Part shown: one piece after another, positions 40,684-51,343 of the stretch
Numbering within the stretch: position 1 is the stretch's first letter
Layout: each line of letters begins with the position of its first letter
Assembly (NCBI GenBank): GCA_016186435.1
Contig: JACPLQ010000001.1
Location: 1 to 59,212, forward strand
DNA: 59,212 bases
Reading direction: 5' to 3'
Source: Candidatus Nomurabacteria bacterium
GTDB taxonomy: Bacteria; Patescibacteriota; Minisyncoccia; Phycocordibacterales; UBA9973
The notes under the pieces: generated by a model
Seen by the model: the letters and a program-made list of their open reading frames with translations, nothing else
Databases searched by the model: none
Told to the model about the DNA's origin: nothing
Translations under genes and position numbers: made by a program

Positions 40684-40968
40684 ATGTGTTGCACAGGAAA
40701 AGGTATGGGGGGCTGTGTTTGCAGTAAAATTTGTAAAATCCTATTAATAGTAGGAGGCTTGAATTGGGGATTAGTCGGAGTAGGTATGCTCATGGGTTCT
40801 GACTGGAACATCGTCAGCATGCTTCTTGGTTCTTGGCCAATAGTAGAGGCTATAGTTTACATATTAGTAGGTGTTGCGGCTGTAATGAAGATCTTTCATT
40901 GCAGATGCAGGAAATGCATGGCAGCATGCGAGGCTCATGTCTCAGGCAGCATGGATCAGAGGATGTAA
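40684..40968 (+). CDS. DUF378-like small membrane protein
   Basis: LLIVGGLNWGLVG...IVYILVGVAAV. Confidence 0.8.
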   Translation: MCCTGKGMGGCVCSKICKILLIVGGLNWGLVGVGMLMGSDWNIVSMLLGSWPIVEAIVYILVGVAAVMKIFHCRCRKCMAACEAHVSGSMDQRM

Positions 40969-41057
40969 TTATGTATTTAAGCAAATACGCCCTCCGACTT
41001 AGGTCGGAGGGCGTTTGCATTCAGCCCGCAAAATGCTATATTAAAAAAGAGCATATT

Positions 41058-42302
41058 ATGGCTTCATTTAGCGACATTACACTTTACATATTGGTCTTTT
41101 TATCTGTTTATGTGCAGGTTTTTTTCCTGATTACTTTTATTGAAAACAGAAAAAAAATTGTTACCAGAAAAGGTGGCATCAAGCTCCTAAATTATCCAGC
41201 TGTGACTATTGCCGTGCCCTCTTGGAACGAGAAAGATACAGTGGGTAAAACAGTAAACTCTGTACTAAACCTTAATTATCCTGAAGATAAAATTAAAATT
41301 TTCTTAATAGATGACGGATCTACCGATGGCACCATGGAAGAAATAAAAAAATTTGAAAAATATTCAAACGTAAAAATTTTTCAAAAGCAAAACGGCGGGA
41401 AACACACTGCTTTGAATCTGGCGCTGGAGAATCTGGAAACTGATTTCTTCGGATGTTTGGACGCAGATTCTGTGGCAGATCCTGAATCACTGGTTCGCAT
41501 CATGAGTTATTTTGAAAAAGACGCGAGTGTAATGGCGGTAGCTCCCTCTGTCACTGTATATGAGCCTAAAAACATTATTCAGTACGCCCAAAAAGCAGAA
41601 TACCATATGGGAGTTTACTTCAAAAAGATGCTTGGAATCCTGGGAGCTATCAATGTGACTCCCGGACCGCTGACTGTTTTTCGTAAAAAAGTATTTGATG
41701 ATCTCGGTCCATACAGGCATGGGCACAGCACGGAGGACATGGAAATAGCTTATAGAATGCAGAAAAATCTATATAAAATAGAGCACTGCAACGATGCTTA
41801 TGTATATACCAATACGCCGAAAACAGTGCGCAAACTCTATCGCCAGAGGCTCCGATGGATTTACGGCTTTATCAACAATACTATTGACTACCGCGATGTT
41901 TTATTTAAGAAAAAATACGGCAATTTCGCCACTTTTACATTGCCCATGGGAGTCGTTTCTATTTTCTCAGTGAGTTTTCTTTTCGGAAGGATTGCTTATA
42001 ATGCCGGTCAATTTATATATTCAAAATTCTTGCAGTTTTCAACTGTCGGTTTTGACTTTAGCGCAAGGAGCTTTAGTTTTGATCCGTTTTTTATAAACAC
42101 CAGATCTTTTGTTTTCTTAATCGTACTTATATACTTATTGGTGCTCTTCGCAATATTATTCGGTCAAAAAATGACAAAAGAAAAGAATATGTTTTCACTG
42201 CGTATATTGTATTTCTTTCCTGTGTTCGGCGTTATAGCTCCGATTTGGTTTTTGAAAGGTATTTATAATACTATTTTGGCCAGAAAGCCTTCTTGGAGAT
42301 AA
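41058..42302 (+). CDS. GT2 processive glycosyltransferase
   Basis: DDGSTD, DAD, TED and QRLRW motifs; TM helices. Start taken at ATG 41058. Confidence 0.9.
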   Translation: MASFSDITLYILVFLSVYVQVFFLITFIENRKKIVTRKGGIKLLNYPAVTIAVPSWNEKDTVGKTVNSVLNLNYPEDKIKIFLIDDGSTDGTMEEIKKFEKYSNVKIFQKQNGGKHTALNLALENLETDFFGCLDADSVADPESLVRIMSYFEKDASVMAVAPSVTVYEPKNIIQYAQKAEYHMGVYFKKMLGILGAINVTPGPLTVFRKKVFDDLGPYRHGHSTEDMEIAYRMQKNLYKIEHCNDAYVYTNTPKTVRKLYRQRLRWIYGFINNTIDYRDVLFKKKYGNFATFTLPMGVVSIFSVSFLFGRIAYNAGQFIYSKFLQFSTVGFDFSARSFSFDPFFINTRSFVFLIVLIYLLVLFAILFGQKMTKEKNMFSLRILYFFPVFGVIAPIWFLKGIYNTILARKPSWR

Positions 42303-42334
42303 TACAATAAATTACGAATTAAGAATTACGAATT

Positions 42335-43018
42335 ATGAATTCAAATATTATAGATTGGAAAAAATACTTGGTTGTATTTTTAATAACAGTGGGCCTTTTC
42401 TTTACTGCAAGCTCCGTGAGCAATTATTTTGGAAATAAAAAAATTGATCAGCTGAAAAATATTCAGGATAAAATAGCTATTGATATCCTATCTTCTGAAA
42501 CGCAGTTCTCGCTTTTATCGGAGCTTTCCTGCAAGAATATTCCTGATTCTGTCTTTTCTCGTGAGCTTGGCGAACTGGGAAATAAATTGGAGTGGAGCCA
42601 GGATAACTTGGGCGATACAGCAGAAGTATCTTATTTAAAAAAATATTACTCGTTATTACAAATCAAAGATTATCTTTTGGCGAAAAAGATTTCTGAGCGT
42701 TGTAAAGTAAAATCCGCTTTTATACTTTATTTCTACACAACTGCCGAAAATTGCGCTCTCTGCAGAGAGGAAAGCCTGGTGCTTTCAAAACTCCGCGCTG
42801 AATACCCGGAGCTACGGGTATATTCTTTTGATTACAGCACCGATCTTTCGGCGGTAAAAGCTATGATTCAAATTTATAAAATAAAAGATACCGAGCTTCC
42901 GGCCTTGGTAATAGACGATGATGCGCTCACCGGATTCCACGACATAGAGGAACTGTCGGCTCTAGTGGAAGAGTCTTTTAAATTGAAAGTGGCAGAACCT
43001 GTAAAAGCCGATAGCTAA
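42335..43018 (+). CDS. Hypothetical membrane-anchored protein with CxxC thioredoxin-like C-terminus
   Basis: N-terminal TM helix; ILYFY...CALC...LRVYSFD...LPALVI. Confidence 0.7.
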   Translation: MNSNIIDWKKYLVVFLITVGLFFTASSVSNYFGNKKIDQLKNIQDKIAIDILSSETQFSLLSELSCKNIPDSVFSRELGELGNKLEWSQDNLGDTAEVSYLKKYYSLLQIKDYLLAKKISERCKVKSAFILYFYTTAENCALCREESLVLSKLRAEYPELRVYSFDYSTDLSAVKAMIQIYKIKDTELPALVIDDDALTGFHDIEELSALVEESFKLKVAEPVKADS

Positions 43019-43128
43019 AATATCTCCAAGAAAGTATAATATTGCCTGTAATGACTTCATTCTTGGGACGGCATTTGTGTCAGGTCTCATTGGTCGAATA
43101 AATTATTAGTATCTAACTATATAAATAT

Positions 43129-43380
43129 ATGGGTATCATTCTTTGGATTGTGTTTGGCGCATTGGTAGGCTGGATCGCTTCGCTTATTATGAAGACAGAT
43201 GCAGAGCAGGGAGCTATAATGAATATTGTTGTGGGCATCGTAGGAGCTGTTGTCGGGGGCTGGATTATGAGTATTTTCGGCGAAAGCGGGGTTACCGGCT
43301 TCAATATAAGCAGCTTCGTAGTCGCACTGCTCGGCGCTGTTGTGCTTATCTTCATTGTCAAAGCTCTGAGGCGCGCATAA
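43129..43380 (+). CDS. GlsB/YeaQ/YmgE family membrane protein
   Basis: WIVFGALVGWIAS...NIVVGIVGAVVGG. Confidence 0.9.
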   Translation: MGIILWIVFGALVGWIASLIMKTDAEQGAIMNIVVGIVGAVVGGWIMSIFGESGVTGFNISSFVVALLGAVVLIFIVKALRRA

Positions 43381-43456
43381 TTATAAAATATGTTTTTAAC
43401 CAAAACCTAAAAAGACGGGCACTTAATTAAATGGCCGTCTTTTTGGGTTTTTCCGG

Positions 43457-43529
43457 AGCCGGCACGAGGGTTCGAACCCCGGACATCCACTTTACAAAAG
43501 TGGCGCTCTACCAACTGAGCTATGCCGGC
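43457..43529 (-). tRNA. tRNA-Thr(TGT)
   Basis: GCCGGCA acceptor; anticodon arm CCACT-TTTGTAA-AGTGG; GTTCGAAC T-loop. Confidence 0.95.
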
Positions 43530-43773
43530 AAATTATATTCTTTCTATTTCTTAAATAATTTCTCCCAAACCCTGTTTTTAATGCTTTCTCTCTTCCAACT
43601 GCTTTTTTCTTATCACAACAAGCTTCATAATACACTAATTCAAACGGACGTCTACTTTTTGTTATTTCCACCAATCCTTTGTTGTGTTCCTTTAAACGTT
43701 CTTTTAGATTAGAAGAAAACCCTATGTAAAGTTCGTTATCTTTTTTACTTTTTAAAATGTAAGTATAAAACAT
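43492..43773 (-). CDS. GIY-YIG nuclease family protein
   Basis: YTYIL...LYIG...RLKEHNKG...LVYYE...RE..LK. The 3' end runs into tRNA-Thr. Confidence 0.88.
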   Translation of the reverse strand: MFYTYILKSKKDNELYIGFSSNLKERLKEHNKGLVEITKSRRPFELVYYEACCDKKKAVGREKALKTGFGRNYLRNRKNIICRHSSVGRAPLL

Positions 43774-43780
43774 AATTTTT

Positions 43781-43844
43781 CTCTGCCAACTCCTGCCCGC
43801 AATGCCTTCAGCATAGCTGATGCAGGCGGGGAGCTATGCCGGCA
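43781..43844 (-). pseudogene. Duplicated tRNA-Thr 5' end interrupted by a 39-nt palindromic element
   Basis: CTCTGCCAACT [43792-43830] GAGCTATGCCGGCA versus CTCTACCAACT-GAGCTATGCCGGCA at 43506-43530. Confidence 0.8.
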
Positions 43845-43875
43845 CTGATAAACACTATACACTAGATTGCTGAGT

Positions 43876-44280
43876 TTACAAATTCTCTTCCTCTTTTACT
43901 TTTTCTTTTATCTTTCTGATCCTGCGCTTATATTGGCCCACCATTTTTAGAAATTTATTTGTTTCTCCTATTTCCACAATTTCTCCGTTAGCCGATTTCT
44001 TGGCGAGCATATCTTTTATTTTAACAAGCGCCTGCTGGTATACGCTTTGCATGAAGCTCGAAAATTTAACATATAATCTTATTGCTGCCACAAGGATTAT
44101 AAATCCAAGCTTTTTGATGTTTCTTACAGCAGATATTTTCAGTTCTTCAAAATAATGTTCATTCAGTACAGTATGCCTTTCTTCAAAAACATATCCGTTT
44201 CGGATTAAAACTAATTTTCTGCCGATCATAAAAATGATCCCGAGAATAGAAATAAAAAATAAAGTTAAAATAATATACAT
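43876..44280 (-). CDS. Hypothetical membrane protein
   Basis: 134-aa ORF directly after tsf, with N-terminal TM helix. Confidence 0.7.
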   Translation of the reverse strand: MYIILTLFFISILGIIFMIGRKLVLIRNGYVFEERHTVLNEHYFEELKISAVRNIKKLGFIILVAAIRLYVKFSSFMQSVYQQALVKIKDMLAKKSANGEIVEIGETNKFLKMVGQYKRRIRKIKEKVKEEENL

Positions 44281-44285
44281 GGCGC

Positions 44286-45074
44286 TTATATGGAATAACG
44301 TTTTACCTCTTTTATCTTAGCTCCCGAGGAATCCAAGAGCTTGCCTACTGTCATATTACCATCTTTTATGAAAGGCTGATCCGAAAGAGTTTTTTCTTTG
44401 AAATACGCCGCCATCTTGCCGTCAAGCATCTTTTTCTTTATTTCCTCCGGCTTGTTTATGCCTGCCATTTCTTTTTCAAATACTTCCCGCATGGTTTTTT
44501 TTGCATCCTCGCTTACTTCATTTGCGTAAATATATTCCGGCTTCATGGCAGCTATGTGCATGGCAATATCGCGGGCGAGTTCCGGATTTCCATCTTTCAA
44601 AGACACTATAACTCCTATTTTATTATTGTGCAGGTAGCTTTCTAAAACATCTCCAGTAACCTCATAAACCTCGCCAAGCTGGATGTTTTCTCCTGTTTTT
44701 TGAATTACCGGATCTATCATGTCTTTTGCGCCAGCTTTCATTTTTTCGATCCCATTATTAAATGCTTCTTCAGTGAGCTTGTTTAATAGATTAGTGAAAT
44801 CTTCATTTCTTGCTACGAAATCAGTCTCGCACAAGAGAGCTACTAGAACAGCCTTTTTGCCATCAGATTTGATGGCTACTCTGCCGTCTTTTACTTCTCG
44901 GTCGCCTTTTTTAAGCGCTATATCGGAACTGGTTTTCTTGAGTATAGCGAGAGCTTTTTTCATGTCGCCTTCGGCTTCTTCCAGCGCGCGCTTGCATTGC
45001 ATCACGGAAATGCCAGTGCTATCTCTTAATTCTTTAATCTGTTTGGTTGTTATTTGTGTTGACATAAGTTTCAA
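44286..45074 (-). CDS. tsf: Elongation factor Ts
   Basis: IKELRDSTG...CKRAL and CETDFVA; follows rpsB. Confidence 0.96.
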   Translation of the reverse strand: MKLMSTQITTKQIKELRDSTGISVMQCKRALEEAEGDMKKALAILKKTSSDIALKKGDREVKDGRVAIKSDGKKAVLVALLCETDFVARNEDFTNLLNKLTEEAFNNGIEKMKAGAKDMIDPVIQKTGENIQLGEVYEVTGDVLESYLHNNKIGVIVSLKDGNPELARDIAMHIAAMKPEYIYANEVSEDAKKTMREVFEKEMAGINKPEEIKKKMLDGKMAAYFKEKTLSDQPFIKDGNMTVGKLLDSSGAKIKEVKRYSI

Positions 45075-45126
45075 TTATCAATTCAAAATTACGAATTTCA
45101 AATTATTAATTCGTAATTGTTAATTC

Positions 45127-45852
45127 TTAATTTTTGCCTGCTTGTCCCTCCTTGTAAGCATGAGCTACGGCCGCTGCGAAGAATTTAATTGAAGGTATGC
45201 CGGAGTCGTTTGCTATGACAGGGAAGTCAATTCCTTTTATGTTTGAATCAGAATTTACGAGAGCAATGACTGGAGTTCCGGACTTTCGGGCTTCAGTAGC
45301 CGCGATATGTTCGCTTCGGGCATCTACGATAAAGAGCGCATCCGGAGTTTTTTTTAATCCAAGGAGGCCGGTATAATATCGAGCTAATTTTTCCATCTTC
45401 TTGGCCATAACCACTCTTTCTTTTTTGGTGTATTTGTCCAGTCCGCCGGAAGCAGTGTCTTTTTGATAATTCTCTAATTCCATAATTCTTTTCTTTATTT
45501 CTGTGAAGTTTGAAAGAGTGCCGCCGATCCACCGCTCCATTACGTAAGGCATAGACAGAGATTCTGCGATATTTTTAGTTACAACCTTCGCTTCCGGCTT
45601 TGTGCCGACAAAGAGCACAGTCTTGTTCTGAGCCCCTAGGTTTTTTATAAAAAGAACGGCTTCATCTAAAAGCTTGCTTGTTTTTTCAAGATTTATTATG
45701 TCTCCTTTGTTTTTGGTAGCATAAATATATTTAGAAACAGAAGGATGCCTTCGTGTTTTTGAGTAGCCATACTGGGCCCCGGCTTGGAACATTGCCTCTA
45801 TAATTTTGTCGTTATCTGTCTTATTTACGGTTGCTGTTTTAACTTTTTGCAT
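45127..45852 (-). CDS. rpsB: 30S ribosomal protein S2
   Basis: LFVGTK, RWIGGTLSNF, PDALFIVD and ANDS. Confidence 0.96.
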   Translation of the reverse strand: MQKVKTATVNKTDNDKIIEAMFQAGAQYGYSKTRRHPSVSKYIYATKNKGDIINLEKTSKLLDEAVLFIKNLGAQNKTVLFVGTKPEAKVVTKNIAESLSMPYVMERWIGGTLSNFTEIKKRIMELENYQKDTASGGLDKYTKKERVVMAKKMEKLARYYTGLLGLKKTPDALFIVDARSEHIAATEARKSGTPVIALVNSDSNIKGIDFPVIANDSGIPSIKFFAAAVAHAYKEGQAGKN

Positions 45853-45958
45853 AGGAACAATATATCAGAAAGCTGCATCTTTTGCAAATCTTCTGATTAT
45901 AAATTAATTCCGGATAGCTATTTCCCAATAATTACGCATATGCTAGAATATTAGATGT

Positions 45959-46558
45959 ATGTATGCGAACAAAAATAGTTACTTGAAGCAATTAAAAGAT
46001 TTCTTAAATTCCAATACGCCCAAGGCCAAAATTGCGAATATTGTTTTGTGTGCCCTAGCGGTTGCTTCAATTCCTGTGCTTGTGCTGGGGGCTGGAGCTA
46101 TGGGTAACGCAGTGCAAATTTTCAGGGGCTCCAAGAAATATTCCAAAAAACAAATTAGCAGTGCGGTTTATAGCATCAAGCGTCAAAAACTTATAGAGTA
46201 CGTCTGTGACAGCAACGGAAAAACGACAGTCAAAATTACTAAAAAGGGAGAAACAAGACTAAGAGCTTTTGCGATTGATCTGATGGAAATAAAAAAGCCA
46301 AATAAATGGGACGGCAAATGGAGGCTAGTTATGTTTGATATCCCTATGAGGTTTACAAAAGGCAGGGAAGCCCTGCGGTATCATTTAAAAGAACTAGGTT
46401 TTTATCAATTTCAAAAATCGGCTTGGATCTATCCTTATCCATGCGAGGATGAAATAATCTTTATTGCTGACTTCTTCGGAGTTGGGAAGTGCATAGAGAT
46501 TTTAACCGTAGAGAGTATTTTAAGAGATGAACATCTAAAGAAACATTTCCGCATATAA
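45959..46558 (+). CDS. PaaX-like regulator (wHTH + Cas2-like domain)
   Basis: ITKKG, KWDGKWRLVMFDIP and LGFYQFQKSAW. Confidence 0.82.
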   Translation: MYANKNSYLKQLKDFLNSNTPKAKIANIVLCALAVASIPVLVLGAGAMGNAVQIFRGSKKYSKKQISSAVYSIKRQKLIEYVCDSNGKTTVKITKKGETRLRAFAIDLMEIKKPNKWDGKWRLVMFDIPMRFTKGREALRYHLKELGFYQFQKSAWIYPYPCEDEIIFIADFFGVGKCIEILTVESILRDEHLKKHFRI

Positions 46559-46638
46559 TTTTCTTAAGATTTTAGCATATGCTAGAAAACTGGGAAACTG
46601 GCTAGGAGAATTTAGATCAATAAGTCCACTATTCCGCT

Positions 46639-47934
46639 TTGACCAAAGCGCTTTTTTCGGGTAGTATGAGCAGTATGACTAACAGTATGAGACAATCTAA
46701 ACTTTTTACTAAAACAAGAAAAGAAGCTCCTTCAGACGAGGTTTCTAAAAATGCAGAACTTCTGATAAGAGGCGGTTTTATTCATAAAGAAATGGCTGGT
46801 GTTTATTCCTATCTGCCGCTCGGGCTCAAGGTGCTCCGCAAAATCGAGAACATAGTCCGCGAAGAAATGAATAAGGCGGGCGGGCAGGAGATTCTCATGT
46901 CGGCATTTCAACCCAAAGAAAACTGGGAGAAGACCGGGCGTTGGGATGGTCTGGATGTTTTATACAAAGTTTCTGATTCTCAGGGCCGGGAAGTGGCGCT
47001 TGGTCCGACGCATGAAGAGATAGTAGTACCGATACTAAAAAATTATCTGACCTCTTACAAAGACCTGCCCAAAGCTCTCTATCAGATACAGGACAAATTT
47101 CGAATGGAACTACGCCCTAAGTCCGGTATTTTGCGGGGCAGAGAATTTCTGATGAAAGACATGTATTCTTTCCATGCCTCGCAGGAAGATTTTGAGAAAT
47201 TTTACGAACAGATGGAGGGTGTTTACAAAACCTTATTTGAGCGTGTCGGCATCGGGCATATCACTTATCTTACATTTGCTTCCGGCGGAACTTTTTCAAA
47301 ATATTCGCATGAGTTCCAAACAATAACCTCGGCCGGAGAAGATACTATATATGTGGACGAAGGAAGCGGCATTGCGATTAACAAAGAAGTCATGAGTGAC
47401 GAGGTTTTGAGTCAGCTCAATATGGTGAAAGAAAATTTGGTTGAGCGCAAGGCTATCGAGGTTGGGAATATTTTTGACTTAAAAACAAAATATTCCGCGC
47501 CTTTTGACTTGTCTTACACGGACGACAAAGGAGAAAAACATCCTGTAGTAATGGGCTGTTATGGCATAGGACTTGGGCGCCTGATGGGAACAGTTGTGGA
47601 AGCCTTGGCTGACGACAAGGGTATAGCTTGGCCCGAAACTATCGCGCCGTTTAAACTTCATTTACTTTCTTTAGGGGAAGACGCTGAAGTTTTGAAAGAA
47701 GCTGAAAAAGTTTACGAAAGCTTGGAAGAAGCGGGGATTGAAGTTTTGTTTGATGATCGCGCTGGTTTGTCCGCGGGGGAAAAGTTTTCAGATGCAGACC
47801 TGCTTGGTATGCCATACCGAGCTGTGGTATCCGCGCGAAGCATGAAAGAACACGGCATAGAATTAAAAAAACGCATTGAAGACAAAGGCAAAATTGTAAC
47901 ACTAGAAGAATTGATAAAAAAACTTGTCCCGTAG
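46639..47934 (+). CDS. proS: Proline-tRNA ligase (no INS editing domain)
   Basis: LGPTHEE, RGREFLMKDMYSF and MGCYGIG. Likely start at MRQSKLF (46687). Confidence 0.95.
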   Translation: MTKALFSGSMSSMTNSMRQSKLFTKTRKEAPSDEVSKNAELLIRGGFIHKEMAGVYSYLPLGLKVLRKIENIVREEMNKAGGQEILMSAFQPKENWEKTGRWDGLDVLYKVSDSQGREVALGPTHEEIVVPILKNYLTSYKDLPKALYQIQDKFRMELRPKSGILRGREFLMKDMYSFHASQEDFEKFYEQMEGVYKTLFERVGIGHITYLTFASGGTFSKYSHEFQTITSAGEDTIYVDEGSGIAINKEVMSDEVLSQLNMVKENLVERKAIEVGNIFDLKTKYSAPFDLSYTDDKGEKHPVVMGCYGIGLGRLMGTVVEALADDKGIAWPETIAPFKLHLLSLGEDAEVLKEAEKVYESLEEAGIEVLFDDRAGLSAGEKFSDADLLGMPYRAVVSARSMKEHGIELKKRIEDKGKIVTLEELIKKLVP

Positions 47935-47994
47935 TAAATTTTTGATTACTAGGAACAACCGTTAAAGATTATTATTTAAAATTTTACTACTGGG

Positions 47995-49041
47995 ATGCTT
48001 GAAAAATTCTATAAATTAATTTCAAATGACATCGGCATAGACTTGGGCACCTCCAATACTCTGGTTTATTTAAAGGGGCATGGGATCGTCATCAACGAGC
48101 CTTCAGTCGTAGCTGTAAACACAAAGACAAGCCAAATTCTCGCTGTCGGCACGCAGGCAAAAGAAATGCTCGGGCGCACCCCGGGACACATCAAAGCTAT
48201 ACGTCCGCTTGTAGATGGTGTGATATCGGATTTTGAAGTAACCGAAGAAATGCTTTCTTACCTTATTAGCAAAACGGATAAAATTTCCAAAAAGCTTGCG
48301 CGCCCGCGCGTCGTTGTCGGTGTGCCTTCCGGCACTACGAATGTGGAGACGCGCGCTGTATACGATGCCGCTCGTTCTGCCGGAGCAAGAGAAGTTTTCC
48401 TTGTGGAAGAGCCGATGGCGGCCGCTATCGGTATACGCCTGCCTATTAAAGATCCCATCGGCTCTATGATCATAGATATCGGCGGAGGGACCACGGATAT
48501 CGCCGTAATTTCTCTCGGAGGAATTGTAAAGTCGCGAAATTTAAAGATAGCGGGAGACAGGCTCAACAACGATATCATTTCCTACATGCGCGATGAATTT
48601 AAAATTCTTATCGGAGAACGCACGGCAGAAATGGTAAAAATCGCCATTGGCTCCGCGCTTCCCGGAGAATACATGGAAACAGAGGTTCATGGGCGCGATC
48701 TTTTAACCGGATTGCCGAGAGAAGTGGTAGTCACAGATTCTGATATCAGAGAAGCTATATCCCTATCTATTAAAGGCTTGGTGGAAGGAGTTAAAGATAT
48801 GCTGGAATCTACTCCTCCGGAGATACTCTCGGATATAATGCACCGTGGAATTACTCTCTCCGGCGGGGGCGCGCTTCTCCCGGGGCTCGGAGAGCTTTTG
48901 CAAAATGTTTTAAAGATCCCCATTTATGTGGTAGAAGATCCGCTTTCGGCTGTGGCTCGCGGTACGGGAGTGATATTAGACGACATGGAATTTTATAAAG
49001 AAGTTTTGATCGGCAACCAAGATGAGCTACCTCCAAGATAA
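47995..49041 (+). CDS. mreB: Rod shape-determining protein MreB
   Basis: IGIDLGTSN, EEPMAAAIG and DIGGGTTD. Confidence 0.97.
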   Translation: MLEKFYKLISNDIGIDLGTSNTLVYLKGHGIVINEPSVVAVNTKTSQILAVGTQAKEMLGRTPGHIKAIRPLVDGVISDFEVTEEMLSYLISKTDKISKKLARPRVVVGVPSGTTNVETRAVYDAARSAGAREVFLVEEPMAAAIGIRLPIKDPIGSMIIDIGGGTTDIAVISLGGIVKSRNLKIAGDRLNNDIISYMRDEFKILIGERTAEMVKIAIGSALPGEYMETEVHGRDLLTGLPREVVVTDSDIREAISLSIKGLVEGVKDMLESTPPEILSDIMHRGITLSGGGALLPGLGELLQNVLKIPIYVVEDPLSAVARGTGVILDDMEFYKEVLIGNQDELPPR

Positions 49042-49819
49042 AAGCAAGAGAAGAAAAAGGAATTGGATTGTCTTAGCTGGCGTTCTGGTTTTCATAATTT
49101 TTTTCTATTTTAGAGCTGGAATCTGGAGCGGGCTTTCTTATGCAAGCGGAGAAATTTTTCGGCCTATTTTGGCTTTAGGAAATAATGCTGGAGTAAAATT
49201 TAAAAATTTCAGCGCGTATTTTTCTTCTAAAAGATCTCTTGAAAATGAAAATGAAATTCTGCTTTCAAAGCTGGCAGACGCAGAATCCAGAATGCTTAAT
49301 TATGATTTACTTAATGCAGAAAACGAAAGTTTGAAAGAAATTTTAGGACGCCAAAAAGAGGATGCTAAAATGGTGCTAGGAGCGATTTTATCCAAGCCAA
49401 ATCAGAGCGCTTATGACACTTTGCTTATAGATGCCGGAGAAAATGAAGGAATAAAAACAGGAGATATTGTTTTTGCCCTCGGGGATATTCCCGTTGGACG
49501 GGTGGGAGCCGTCACTCCAAACTCTTCAAAAATAATTTTATTTTCAAGCGCGGGAGAAAAAACTCAGGCGCTAATTTCTGGAAATGAGATTTTTTATGAA
49601 TTAGTCGGGCGCGGCGGAGGAAATTTTGAAATGGTTTTGCCGAGAGATATTGCGCTTACCAAAGGCGACAAGGCAGTGATGCCGGGGCTTTATCCATACG
49701 TGCTTGCAGAAGTTGAAACTACAATTTCTGATCCGCGGGATCCCTTTACTAAAGCGCTTTTTGTAAGTCCGGTAAATATACAGGAGCTTAAATTTGTGGA
49801 AGTTGCGACCTCTCCCTAG
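49022..49819 (+). CDS. mreC: Rod shape-determining protein MreC
   Basis: Overlaps mreB; TM helix, coiled coil (ENESLKEIL), IDAGENEGI. Confidence 0.88.
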   Translation: MSYLQDKSKRRKRNWIVLAGVLVFIIFFYFRAGIWSGLSYASGEIFRPILALGNNAGVKFKNFSAYFSSKRSLENENEILLSKLADAESRMLNYDLLNAENESLKEILGRQKEDAKMVLGAILSKPNQSAYDTLLIDAGENEGIKTGDIVFALGDIPVGRVGAVTPNSSKIILFSSAGEKTQALISGNEIFYELVGRGGGNFEMVLPRDIALTKGDKAVMPGLYPYVLAEVETTISDPRDPFTKALFVSPVNIQELKFVEVATSP

Positions 49820-49857
49820 CCCTCTCCTTATCAAGGAGAGGGGAAAGAAAGGGGTGA

Positions 49858-51225
<1,368 letters not shown>

Positions 51226-51343
51226 GGCCTGTCCGCCTTTGGAGGAGGATTTAGGGGTTGTATTTTTCTCGGATATTGCTATACCCCCACACTTATTTTT
51301 TTTGACTTATAATAAGTGTGGGGGTATACTGGTTTTTAATTCA

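Noticed and set aside
40833..41057. N-terminal extension of the GT2 ORF
   Set aside because: It overlaps the DUF378 gene and a hairpin at about 40987-41014. ATG 41058 gives a normal TM-first protein.
45959..46558. Cas2 / CRISPR-Cas system
   Set aside because: The protein has the PaaX-like wHTH + WDGKWR layout. I saw no cas1, other cas genes or repeat-spacer array in the window.
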